Origin: Octopus sinensis
Taxonomy: Eukaryota
DNA length: 64,000 bases
Direction: 5' to 3'
Assembly: GCF_006345805.1 (NCBI RefSeq)
Contig: NC_043008.1
Location: 12,834,001 to 12,898,000, forward strand
The position numbers and the translations under genes are program-made. The notes beneath the pieces were generated by a model. The model saw only the letters and a program-made list of their open reading frames with translations, ran no database searches and had not been told where the DNA came from. Below, piece after piece: positions 12,442 through 25,160 of the stretch. Within the stretch, counting starts at the first letter, position 1; each line of letters starts with the position of its first letter.

Positions 12442-12994
12442 GAAATAAGAACATTCTCAATGTCCACACAAAAAAAAAATAGATATCAATAGTACTAATT
12501 TGTATTTAGAAGTGTACTTAATTCACTTCTAAAATAGCGCTACTGTGTCATAACGGCGCCTACAAAAATTAATATCTCGACATTGGGTGTAACATTTTCA
12601 GCATAAAGAGATTTTTCTGGCGTTCCGTACATTTCCCAGAAAGTCGGTCTGTATAGAAATTTGAATTATTCTCAGTTCTTATTATGTATGGATATATAAT
12701 AGAATCCTTACTCGGTGAAATAATCATTATTCTCTCTTTCCTATCGCGTAAATTAGCACATTGAATGTGACTTGAGACGAACAAAGAACATTTGAAGAAA
12801 CTCCCTCGTACATCTGAACATCCATCGCTAATGCATGCTAAGTTGTTTTCAGCAGCTGAAACATTATGTTGCTGTTGCACTTTATACTATACAATGCTTA
12901 CATTTTGTTGCTTTTAATTTCTCATTCCAAATCTCACTCAGGTTGACTTTGCAATCCAATCTTTGGAAATCAGTAAAAATATATAGAGCCTCTC

Positions 12995-13401
12995 TTTAAC
13001 TTGTTTCAGTCACTTGACTGCGGCCATGCTGGAGCACCGCCTTTAGTCGAGTAAATCGACACCAGGACTTATTCTTTCTAAGCCCAGTACTTATTCTATC
13101 GGTCTCTTTTGCTGAACCGCTAAGTTAATGGGACGTAAACACACCGGCATCGGTTGTCAAGTGATGTTGGGAGACAAACACAGACACACAAACACACATA
13201 AACACACACACACACATATATATATATACATATATACGACGGGCTTCTTTTCAGTTTCCGTCTACCAAATCCACTCACAAGGCTTTGGTCGGTCCAAGGC
13301 TATAGTAGAAGACACTTGCCCAAGGTTCCACGCAGTGGGACTGAACCCACAACCATATGGTTGGTAAGCCAGCTACTTACCACACAGCCACATCGGCGCC
13401 T
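12995..13401 (-). mobile_element. SINE family B, full length
   Basis: Same head and tail as 6050-6461. Confidence 0.92.
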
Positions 13402-13671
13402 ATGTAACGAAAACGATTAAATCGACTTCTCTCATACATCATGTCTGTTTGCTTCGTGACAATTTCATTAGCGCCCTATTTTTAACTAAAGTACAAAGGC
13501 AGTGGGTAAAAATCCAGTTCAAATTATCTGAGCAGATCCCCAACCGTGCTGAATTTAGCCTGTAATCAATGCAAGAATGATAAATCGAGTGTCAGTCAAT
13601 TATATCATTGAAAATAAGTGTACCCATGTCGGTTCGTTAAGAAAATAACTTAATTCCTAAATCCTAAAGTA

Positions 13672-14182
13672 CAGGATGTCCCAGAATTAACTATTTCAAT
13701 GAAATCGGAGTAATTAAAAACAAAAATCTGAGACTTTTATGTTTATTCCTTAATAGATATATAAATCTTATATCAAAACTTTATTGAAAATTTTCAACAT
13801 GTGTTACGTCTGTATTTCTGCAAATTTCGAACGTATCCTTAGGGTTACGAAAAACATTTTGATGCAATTCAGGAGTTGTCTTCTGCACTGCTAACTAAAT
13901 GCTTTATTTAAGTTGAGCGCACCTATTGTTCTATTCTGAAGATGGACGTAGAATAAAAAATGATCGTAGCGGAATTTTAATAAGAAGCCATCGTGGATAT
14001 ATAAGCGGGATACAACAGGAACGAAAATAAAATTTTAAAAAGTAATTATTATAATTATAAAATTATACACAAAATAAAAAATGTATAGACATTTAACACA
14101 TTTAAATATGGTAAACATAAAAGTAAATTTAAAAAACCTGTCCCATTTCACTGAAATAGATGGTTAATTCTGGAATACCCTG
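13672..14182. mobile_element. Non-autonomous Tc1/mariner-type element, 511 bp
   Basis: TA|caggatgtcccagaattaactatttcaatgaaat left; rc of right end TA|cagggtattccagaattaaccatctatttcagtgaaat; TA at 13670-71 and 14183-84. Confidence 0.8.
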
Positions 14183-14224
14183 TATAGAAGGGTTTCAAGT
14201 TTTAGTACAAATCCCGCAGCAGTT

Positions 14225-14592
14225 TTCAGGAAGTGGGTAAATCGATTACATCCGCCCCAATATTCAAATGGTACTTATTCTATTGAACCCATAAGGATGA
14301 ATGGCAAGGTCGGACTCGCTGGAATTTGAACGCTCAACATTTTGTCCAGAGTGCTAACGATTCTAATTTCTTTACTGCCCACAAGGGGCTAAACATAGAG
14401 GAGGCAAACAAGGACAGACATAGGTATTAAGTCGATTACATCGACCCCAGTGCATAACTGGTACTTAATTTATCGACCCCGAAAGGATGAAAGGCAAAGT
14501 CGACCTCGGCGGAATTTGAACTCACAACGTAACGCAGACGAAATACCGCAAAGTATTTCGCTCGGCGTGCTAACGTTTCTGCCAGCTCGTCC
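14225..14592 (-). mobile_element. SINE family A, one full unit plus a degenerate unit
   Basis: cgaccccgaaaggatgaaaggcaaagtcgacctcggcggaatttgaactc...gccagctcg. Confidence 0.9.
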
Positions 14593-15504
14593 CCTTTACG
14601 TTCTGTATATAAACTACTTTAGGAATACTGCATATTTTATCTCCGTTTTCCTAGATTTAAAAAACAAATGCACTTATTAATCCCCTTTGCTTACCTAAGA
14701 GTGTTTTTGTTAACGCGTTTCCCAACTTATTAAATGAATTTATAATGGTTATGGGCCACGAAATTACAATCTCATCATAGATAAGCTGCTTTGTGTGAGG
14801 TTAATGCCTTAATATTCTTAAATAGTTTAACATAAAAATCTTTTTTATTTACTCAAAGAGCAACAGGGGAAATATATTTCTCTTTGTGTTCGACGATTTT
14901 GTAAAGAGTTAATTGATTTATAGAAATCCCAAGTGTCTGTTTGTAAGACTGAGAAATTGGAAGATGTTTATGCTGCAACGGCTACAAGGAACAATGATCT
15001 TAATTTTACAGCTAATAATTATAATCTGTGAGCAGAGCTAGTAGTCTCTGTGAGAGGTGAATGGCCGACTACATCAATTACACTATATAATACACCGATA
15101 TTTATTTTCTCAGTTCAAAACCAGCACGCTCAATTTCTCATGGTAATGGTGTTAATGTACATAGCATATGTAAACAGTGCATGCCAGGAATACATTCGGT
15201 ATACCGTTAAGCAGCAAAAAAATTAGTCGGATGCCCCGGTAAAAAATCTAGGTTACTTTTCGAAACAGATTGCTTGGTGCACCTGGGAAATATTCATATT
15301 AATTTTAGAAACAGAGGTTTGATTTCAGTGGGAGCTAGCGATAGTAAAGATGTTCTCCTGGTTTCTTCGTTCTGCTTTATATTTTAGCAGATGAAATATC
15401 TAAAGCTATACCCTTTTATCTATGAACAGTATTAAAGGGACAAAATGGTGGTGAAGGAAAAAAAGACTAAACCAGAAATTATATATATATTTATATTTAT
15501 ATTT

Positions 15505-16010
15505 ATATATTTTATCTAGTTTCAGCTCACAATCTGTGGCCATGCTGGGGCACCGCCATTCAGTGTTGCTACAGGATTTTACTTCATGAATGCTTTTTAG
15601 CAATTGCCATTTGGTGCATGAGAGAGTTCGATGCAGCTGCCCTCATCTGCACCTCCTGCCGTGAAGTTGGTTCATCTGGGACACCTGACAGGAAGAGATC
15701 CAGTTTTATTTTAAAGACATCTGCATTCACCCCATGCAGGTCTCTGAGGTTCTTCAGGAGGATATCGAAGAGCTGTGGGCCTCGGAAGCCAAGGCTATCA
15801 CAGCATCTTGTCCTACATCTTGATGGCAAATTTGGAGTCCTTGGCACTATACAGTGGTGCCCAGTTCTGGTATTTGTGTAACTCTTGATGCCAAAGTTTG
15901 GGACAACTCCTTCCAGGGTCTTTCAGATGTATATTATGGCATATATTTCTCGCCTACGCTCTAAGGAATAGAGTCTTAATCTCTTGAGTCTTTCCCTATA
16001 TCTCTGTTTT
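15505..16010 (-). mobile_element. 5'-truncated CR1-group LINE, ORF2 C-terminus plus 3' UTR (pseudogenised)
   Basis: Minus-strand translation RERLKRLRLYSLERRREIYAIIYI*KTLEGVVPNFG...GPQLFDIL...FKIKLDLFLSGVPDEP...RAAASNSL..; YSLERRR and LD.FL..VPD.P motifs fit the CR1-group ORF2 end; stop at 15584-86. Confidence 0.8.
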
Positions 16011-16904
16011 ATGGCACAAAGGTAGTAGTAGGGTAATCTATGTAGATCAAATAAGTGCTCTTCTAATACAAATTTTATCGATTCAAAGAACCCTTGAGTA
16101 GATAGTGGCTCGATTTGAACAACTGAATATAGATGAAAATATTCTTTTTATTTCCTAGCCGTCTCCAGAATTCCCCGAAGAAATTCAAACCAACTTTATA
16201 TGTTTTAGTTTTATATTTTTTTAAAATTTCTACAATGATTTCCGAAGCCTAGTTCAATAAATCTTATTATTCCATCTTGTCACGTAAATGTAGAGAGGTA
16301 TCATCTGATATAAAACTAACAATCATATATGTATATATATATATATATATATAAAAAATAAACAGTCAAGAAGAGTTAGAAAAGAAAGTTTTATTTTTTT
16401 CCTTGTGGAATCATTAGGATATGCACTGTCAAATTTCAACGTCGTAATGAAAGAATCTCATAAAACCAGTTATAAATCACAAATCAGAATTCAGCTGACG
16501 CTTCGCGACTCAGACGGCCATGCAATGGAACATGAAGAATCTAGAGGAAACGGTAAGTGTTTGGAATGTCGATATTTTATAGCAGCATTTGCGACTCACC
16601 CAAGCTATTTATTATTCAGGAAATGGTTTTTAACTTTATGTAAATAATTGAAGAAATAAGCTGGTAATGTCACATAGTTTTTTTATTGCTTCTTCCAGAT
16701 AGACAAACTCCAAGAAACAATGTAATCTCTAATACGTTCGAATGACAGAGCAATCAGAAAGTACTGATTCCTAGATTTCATCGGTGTGTCTAACAGAACC
16801 GAAGGGCGATACTGGAATATATATATATTCAACAAAGTCACTTTCAGCTGCTTCTATACGAGATCTAAATCATCTACATGCTCGAATCAAGTGGTCCTGG
16901 TTCA

Positions 16905-17123
16905 TTTTGGAGACAAACACACACACACAAACATATACCAACACATACATATATATATATATATGTGACTGGCTTCTTTCAGTTTCCATCTACCAAATCC
17001 GCTCACAAGGCTTTGGTCGGTCCAAGACTATAGTAGAAGACACTTGCCCAAGGTGCCACACTGTGGGACTGAACCCTGAACCATGTGGTTGGTAAGCAAG
17101 CTACTTACCACACAGCCACTCCT
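16905..17123 (-). mobile_element. SINE family B, 5' half
   Basis: ggcttctttcagtttcc..ctaccaaatcc..cacaaggctttggtcgg...cacacagccactcct. Confidence 0.9.
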
Positions 17124-17189
17124 ACACCGATAAATTGATTGATTAACCGAACCAATCAATCAAGCAATCGATACGTTTTTCGGTTAAAG

Positions 17190-17437
17190 CAGTAGTTCTC
17201 AACCGGGGTCCACATGGCCCTTTGGGGTCCGTGGAAGGTTTTGTTAAAATTCGTGTGCAATAAATTGGTCTTACTTTTACAATTTATAAAATATCTTCAA
17301 AATATTTTTTACACAATTCCCCAAAATGTTTAATTATAAAAATTAAGTTTTTTAAAAACATCGAAATATTATGAGGGTCCATTCCATTATAAGAGGAATT
17401 AAAGCGGTCCATAGTTAAAAATGATTGAGAAACACTG
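17190..17437. mobile_element. hAT (Charlie-like) MITE, 248 bp
   Basis: TIRs cagtagttctcaa / ttgagaaacactg; 8-bp TSD ggttaaag (17182-89) vs ggttaaat (17438-45). Confidence 0.85.
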
Positions 17438-17599
17438 GGTTAAATAGTTAAGTAATTTATAAATAAATAATAATGTGAAATTGAATCAGTTCATGTGTTA
17501 TAACTGGCATAATGACCCTCCCGAGATAAAACAACAACAACGAAAAAGTAACAAGGGAACTGAGTATATAATGTATCTCTTTTACTCCTTTACTTGTCT

Positions 17600-18120
<521 letters not shown>

Positions 18121-18949
18121 TATACTTACCACACAGCCACTCTTCCGCCTGTCAAGTATTATTTCACGTTGTTCCATTGTCAAATGTCACAAGTAACTTT
18201 AAAATTATATCACTGCTTGTCTTTATGACATTCCAAAACGAATTTAAGTTTTTTCACTGAAAATCTAACAGGAAAATATGTTTCACAACATTTGTATATT
18301 GAACAATTCGTTGCACAATTTTGCCCTGAAAGAAATCTTTGCCGATGAAGATACATTCGATTCCAAGGTAGGTCGACTCTTTGTCTAGGCTCCTGGTCAT
18401 TCTTCACATGTCATTTCATTCCATTTATGCGCACCTGTTGAAACCGCTTCCATTTTACCAAACATCAATTAAATACTGCAGTGTTTGTGAGTTTAGTACT
18501 GTCCATTAGTTCACCGCAGAGACGAATGATAAGCATGGAGCCGTCAAATAATTATAAGGAATAAATTCACTATATAAGCAATGAAAATTTTACCGATACA
18601 GCTGAGCGTACACTTGGTTGAGTGGTAAGAACTTTGTCTCCAAAGGTAAAGATACTGGGTTCGGCCCCATTGCTGAAAGATATATCGTCCATAATACATA
18701 AACATATAGATAAACATTAAGTGGACGATATTTTCAACCGATATATTAGAACATTATCTGATTCTGCAAGTGTTATATTTCGGTGCTTTTATGTATATTT
18801 ACTCGATATACCATTCTCTATTACTCACTACCGACTAAAACTGTTGGTAGGTTTTTTAACTATACACGTATGCTAGTTATTATGAAATATCATGTAAATA
18901 TGATCCACATACAGCTGGATATCTGCATATCATCAAGTGAGTAAATTTG

Positions 18950-19150
18950 AGAGCACTGCATGTATATACAATTATATACAGTGAGAATTTACAAAAAAAT
19001 TAAAGACGAAGACGGGTGTGTAAACAACAAACAGATGTATTAGTTTACCGGTCGGGAAGTGAACAGTCTTTTATGTTTCGAGCCTGCGCTCTTCGACAGA
19101 AAGGAACACAGAAATAAACAGAGAAAATAGAAAACGGTTTAGTGGCTAGT
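18950..19150 (-). mobile_element. Penelope-like terminal repeat fragment with degenerate hammerhead motif (19068-19103)
   Basis: Minus: CTTT CTGTCGA A GAGC gcag GCTC GAA ACAT A AAAG. Confidence 0.55.
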
Positions 19151-19359
19151 GATCTATCATGCCGAAATATATATATATATATATATATAATTGAGGTTAT
19201 AAGAGATAATGGTGTCATTGAGACCCAAAGATGTCAGGTAATGCTGAATAAGTGCTATAGACAGACCATAATTAAGTTCCAGATTCGGTAATATTGAGAA
19301 TAAAGGGTTCAACGTTTGTTCAAAGACAGTGTGTGTATATAAGAATCTTTTGTGTAATA

Positions 19360-19500
19360 TTAGGTTGTCCCAAAAGTTCGTAAACACTTGCGAAAATTGA
19401 ATTTTTACTCGCCAAGTATTAACAAAAACAACAAAAATTATTCCTCAAAATAAAGACCATTATTTTCCAAGACTTTCTACGAACATTTGGGACAACCTTA
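19360..19500. mobile_element. mariner-type MITE, 141 bp
   Basis: TA|ttaggttgtcccaaaagttcgta and rc TA|taaggttgtcccaaatgttcgta; TA on both flanks. Confidence 0.85.
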
Positions 19501-19543
19501 TACGATAAAAATCCAGAGCTGTATAGATATTAGAGCATTTATA

Positions 19544-19585
<42 letters not shown>

Positions 19586-20407
19586 GGGGTCTTAAGTAAC
19601 CGGCAGCACTGTTGATAAAAGACAATGTAAAGAATGATTGGCACACAAGAATAATGAAATATGATTTAAGATAAACGATGATCAATACACGGATCCTCTG
19701 CAAAATGAACTTTTGCACAACTGTGTGGATGTGAGTGGCGGGGTAGTGAAGGGTATGTGGGCCTAAGAAAAACAAACAGCAAAAAGTTGTGTTAGTTTAT
19801 TTTAGAGTCAACCAAGCGCAAATCAGAAACTATATAATTTTCAATTACTTACATATATAGATTTTTTTCCCCTCCGGACTTCAGAATTGTAATGCGCCAT
19901 TTTTTTTTCCATATATATATATTGTCGAGAATCATGTTGAGCTATTTCCTTTTGATGACATGTATTGAACAGAAAATATACAAAAGGATATAACGCAAGT
20001 ACGTAATTGTGGACCGATTAATGTATTGAAAAATTTAATTGCTTTTTCAGTTTGTATCACATTTATATTATTTATCGTGTAATAACACCGGTTTACTTTA
20101 ATATCCGTTAGCTTTTATACCTTCGTGAGTGTGATACTATAGAAACGATCTTACGAGTTTTCAATTATTTATTTCTTCTTTGTGTGTTTGTTTCCTCCAT
20201 ATTGTTTTATTGTACGATTTTGACAGGTTTTTTTGTTATATGTGTTTCTTATTTGTTTATTCTTTACATTTAACTGTTTCTGAAATGCTGTTTATGATGT
20301 AGGTTTTTAGATTTCGTTGATGTTCAGGAAAAAAATTGGTCCCAAAGTGCGTATATATTTTATTCAATGTGGCGAAAAGCGTTACGATATATATATATAT
20401 CTGCGTG

Positions 20408-20454
<47 letters not shown>

Positions 20455-20474
20455 CTATATATATATATATATAT

Positions 20475-20518
<44 letters not shown>

Positions 20519-20643
20519 GTATGTATGTGTATGTATGGATGTATATGTATGTATATATGTATGCATATGTATTTATATATATATATCGCAATATATGTAT
20601 ATATATATCTGTATATGTATATGTATATATATAATATATATAC

Positions 20644-20701
<58 letters not shown>

Positions 20702-20899
20702 TAAGTAAGTAGTGAGGGTGTATTCTGTAAAGAACGTAATAGAGTACAGTATAAAGCTAGTCTACATACAGATTCCGCTCTATGCTGTCTAGTAGTAGTA
20801 TTATGCATATTTCCAAGTTTGTGTCTGGGCATCTGTCGTCTGTGAATAGATAACTGAGAAAGATTTTTGTCAACAAAGGGTACGGCCGTGCATTTATTT

Positions 20900-21560
20900 T
20901 CAATCACTACAGTTGTTTCGACGCAACTTAGTTCTCCAGTCATGCGTATCCGTGATTATGCAACAATTCGCTGTCTTAGGAGGTCCAGTCTTGTTTCCTC
21001 AGGTAATGTGTTAATATTGTCTCCCTAAGTTCAAATTTCCAGCTCCAAGAACATCCTCTCTATCGGGATCAACCGGAACAACAGAAAAACCAAAAATAAA
21101 AAGTCACTAAATAACTACAAAAATAATTAATTATATTGCAAATCTTTACAGCTCTCACCAGAAATCTGCATGTCCGCACTGGTACAAATGCATACAAAAT
21201 GAAAACATCATATACAAATGCAGAGTCACAACATAAATACGCATACATGGGAGCTTCCGAAAGCCAATTCAGGTTCCATTATCGCAACCATGTCTCTGCA
21301 TTCCGCCGACGAAACGCAACATCATTAGCAGATCTAATATAGAGATTAAAAGAAGGAACAATAAAATATAAAGTAGAGTGGTCAATAATGAAAAACAACA
21401 GTCATACCCATATAATATACTGTCCGGCGTATGTGACCTGAGCCTTGAGAAAGCTTTGTGCATTCTGGTAAGAAATAAAACCTTAGTAAACAAGCATGGT
21501 GAAAAAATAACAAGATGTCGCCACTGCGTTATGTTTGCATTTTCCAGATACAATACAGTC
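20900..21560 (+). pseudogene. Decayed Penelope-like element C-terminus (GIY-YIG endonuclease region)
   Basis: Frameshifted pieces QKSACPHWYKCIQNENIIYKCRVT / KYAYMGASESQFRFHYRNHVSAF..TSLADLI / VCDLSLEKALCIL..LVNKHGEKITRCRH match the Penelope pattern CP..G.CL..VIY..V..Y.G..E..F..R..NH...F...C.LC..EK...LLNK.SE...CRH. Confidence 0.75.
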
Positions 21561-21884
21561 GAGGAATAATAATTCAGTGAGCACCATCACTCACCTCTTC
21601 TCCTCTATGTGTGCGTGTGTCGGGTTGTATTCCTATATATACGTATGCCTGCGTGTCCGCGTGTTTAATATATATGAATGCATGTGTCCACATGTATATA
21701 TATATATATATATATATATATGGATGTGTGATATTTACATATCGCCTGAGAAAAAAAAAACTAGATGTCATAATGCAGGGACACTCCTGGAGCATTACGT
21801 TGCAGAGAAACAATTGTAGTGATTAAAAAGGAATGTCCAACCGTGCTTCTTCCTGTCGATTCCAAAATTTTTCAGTTATGTATA

Positions 21885-21975
<91 letters not shown>

Positions 21976-22202
21976 GTAATGTAAATGGGACAATTGTTAG
22001 GAAGGCAAATTCCTCTATTTACTTAATATCGAGGTCTCTTTCTTTCTTTTTTTATCTTACCGTTTTTATCAATATATATATATATATATGTACATTATAT
22101 ATTATATGTATTATATGCATATATATATATGTGTTTGACGCAGGCAGATACACATGAAGACATAAATACACGCACACACACACACACACATATATATATA
22201 TG

Positions 22203-22236
<34 letters not shown>

Positions 22237-22806
22237 CGCGCACTGAAACACACCATTTCATTTCATAGACATCAAGAAGTCACAATATATTTGACGCACA
22301 GATTAATACACTCTCTCCCTTTTTCTTTCTCTCTCTCTCTCTCATTTCTCTCTTTCTCTCCCTCTTTGACCGACACAGGTACATACACATCAACACAGCC
22401 ATACATGTATAAATACGTTTTTCCTGTGTTTAGCTATCAACTCCTACAAGTCGCTCTTGTGTATTCGAGAGGCCTATCAAGGTTCACTGATCAGCGTTGT
22501 AATATGATGTCAGTGAGATTGCTTAATTAACCAGCTGTTGACATCTGCAATTTCCCATCGTCTACATTTGTTTCACTTTATCTGAACCATATTTCCTGCT
22601 ACTTCAGGCTTTACACGACACTACACTACCACCGATTTCCTCTACCTATACACCCACCTTCCCATAGCATTCCTCCTCCTCCTCCTCCTTCTCCTCCTTA
22701 CTTTACCTCTTCTCTCGAAACACGAATATAATCTTTAACTTGCCTTGCGTGGACATGTGTATTTCTATTTAACAGTGGTTTAGTGACGCAGTAAATACAA
22801 CAGCTC

Positions 22807-23224
22807 GGATCTTTTCGGTTTGAACGGCAGTATTTTCTAGCGGTCTCATATGAAATTGTCACCCATAGTATCGATCTATTGCATTTCAATCTGTTTTAGG
22901 GTTAGGGTTAGGTTTAGGGTTAAGGGTGGGGGGAAGGGTATCTTTTTTTCTTCACAAATGTAAATAAACGCAATCTGTTTCTTAAACGAGGGACATATTC
23001 ATACGGCACAGAATATTTTCACCTCAATAGACGTCATCGATTGGTTGAGATTGCAGAAACTGAAGAAAAAAAAACAACGAATATCTTACAAACTATAGAA
23101 TTTTCTCGATAAAGCCAAGAGAAAAAGATGCTTTATAAACACATTCTACCAGTATACGAAGTTTAAAAGTGTTTAGTTACATGGAAATTATTTTAAAAAA
23201 CTGCCGGTCAAACCGAAAAGATCC
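22807..23224. mobile_element. Non-autonomous TIR element, Mutator-like, with internal (TTAGGG)n
   Basis: 25-bp TIR ggatcttttcggtttga(a/c)cggcagt with 1 mismatch; 9-bp flanks caacagctc / acacagctc; TTAGGG-like run 22896-22926. Confidence 0.75.
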
Positions 23225-23431
23225 ACACAGCTCTCCAGATAATATCATTGAAAAGTCTAGGTTATCTCCCCTATTAACTCTCACAGTGCGCCATTTATTT
23301 CCATGGCTATTCTCGTAATGATGTTAGATATCTACCAAAAAATTGTTATTGATATTTTCTTTTACTTCTGCAATGTTTTTCTCCAAGTATCCCCTGCAGG
23401 TTCGGTTTCCATATTCATCTATTTATCTATT

Positions 23432-23658
23432 GCCCACAGAGAGCTAAATATAGAGGGGACAAACAAGGACAGACAAAGGGATGAAGTCTATTACTTCGAC
23501 CCCCCAATACACAACTGGTACTTATTTAATCGACTCTGAAAGGATGAAAGGCAAAGTCGACCTCGGAGGAATTTGAACTCAGAACGTAATGGCAGACGAA
23601 GACGAAATACCGCTAAATATTTCGCCCGACGTGCTAACGATTCTGTCAGCTTGCTGCC
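23432..23658 (-). mobile_element. SINE family A copy
   Basis: aaggatgaaaggcaaagtcgacctcgg..atttgaactcagaacgta. Confidence 0.88.
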
Positions 23659-23940
23659 ATGTTTCCATGTTCATCACTATTCCGTCCTTTCTCTGCAAAG
23701 AGATATTCAATGAAATATGTGAAAATATTTGTAAAAATCTGCGAGATTATCTTTTGTAAAAAAAAGAAAAATAAATGTCGCAACATCGGAAGTAGTATTT
23801 TTTCAAAACCGTTGGTGCAAATTTGCTTTCAGCAATTAACGCCGAAATAATTCTGAGTAGTTATATCTGCTTTCCACGTTAATGAGTTTGGTGGATGGTG
23901 GAATCCCTAGCCGTGTTTAATAATGATAATAATAATAATA

Positions 23941-24286
23941 AAAATGTGGCATCTCAAGGCGACTACAGTACCAGTGATTGTAGGATATCTAGGAATGATA
24001 AAAAAAGGTACTGAAACCTATTTGAAAATGATTCCAGGCTTACCATCCCTACAGGAAATGCAAAAAATCGTATTAACTGGAAAGGCTCATGTACTGAGAA
24101 GAGCACTATCGCTGTGAAAATAACATCCATCCATGAATTTATTTATTTATTAATTTTTAAATACATATTTTATCTGTGAATTTGTGCGTGTAATCTGGGA
24201 ATGCATACAATGAGCTTCTCTGCCCTAGGTGTATGGAAAACACTCGGCGAGAAACGGAAGAAAATTTGAAGAAAGAAGGGAAAAAC
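23941..24286 (+). mobile_element. Heavily 5'-truncated R4/Dong-like LINE (diverged subfamily) inside a (TAA)n array
   Basis: KMWHLKATTVPVIVGYLGMI...PSLQEMQKIVLTGKAHVLRRALSL* aligns with the end of the 37741 ORF; 3' UTR gccctagg..acactcggc.agaaa.ggaagaaaatttgaa; TAA repeats on both sides. Confidence 0.9.
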
Positions 24287-24292
24287 ATAATG

Positions 24293-24331
<39 letters not shown>

Positions 24332-24524
24332 TAATAATAATATAATAATAATAAATGCTCTGATGCAGTAGCATATTCTCAAGCATTTATATTTTTATTT
24401 TTACCTTTTGTTAGAAAAAATTTTATATGGATATTTTAAAAAAAATATATACTTATGTAATCTTTATTCAAGTATGAAAGTTTCAGCAGCAAAGTTGTGT
24501 TACTTTTAGAATTTGCAAGTAGAC

Positions 24525-24615
<91 letters not shown>

Positions 24616-24934
24616 TATAATAGATCTTTTGAAAATTGTGGCTGATAGTTGTTTTTACTATATTCAGCGTATTTCATAAGATAACGGCCTGCCGTTAGAT
24701 CTGAGAAAAAACAGATGTTACTTAAAATTTTGTGACAGTAAAATAAAATTTGATTGTCAGATGTATAACCAAACAAAAATATGTGTGTGTCTGTTTGTAT
24801 CTAAAGAAATATGTATCCAAATACGTAAGTCCAGCAAATCAATAAAATACGGAAAGGAAGTACCAATAAAATTTCAGATGGCTTAATGGAATGTCTTATA
24901 ATCTGAGAGAGCATGATGACTCGGTTGTATCTCT

Positions 24935-25160
24935 TCAGGAAACAGGGTAAAACTGTCTCGACAGGTGGAAAGAATACTTAGCTAAAATCCTAAATCCACT
25001 AGCAATGAAATATTCTGCTTTGACATGAGGTGCATATTGGGATAACTACAAAAGTCAAAAAGGCTGAATTCACAGCAGAGATTAACGCGCTGAAGTGTAG
25101 CATGGGCGCTGAAGAGAATGAAACTCCGACTACGATGTTAAAACTTAAGAGAAGAGTATT
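24935..25160 (+). pseudogene. Old LINE (RTE-like) remnant, region upstream of RT
   Basis: LDRWKEYLAKILNP then EFTAEINALK...ENETPTTMLK resemble RW.EYF..LLN and EV..AI..LK..KA.G.D.IP.E.LK. Confidence 0.5.

Noticed and set aside
12156-12467. 103-aa minus ORF and a candidate exon QRIDYFSDGTLVNEMSSSLNSH ending at GTAAGT
   Set aside because: Largely overlaps a degenerate MITE with 45-bp TIRs; weak acceptor and no recognisable domain.
12569-12880. 103-aa Cys-containing minus ORF with plausible splice sites
   Set aside because: Several frames look equally plausible and no motif was recognised; cannot be supported without expression data.
20913-21002. 90-nt segment with good acceptor and CAG|gtaatg donor
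   Set aside because: Lies in the decayed Penelope coding region, and the following intron would be only 40 nt.
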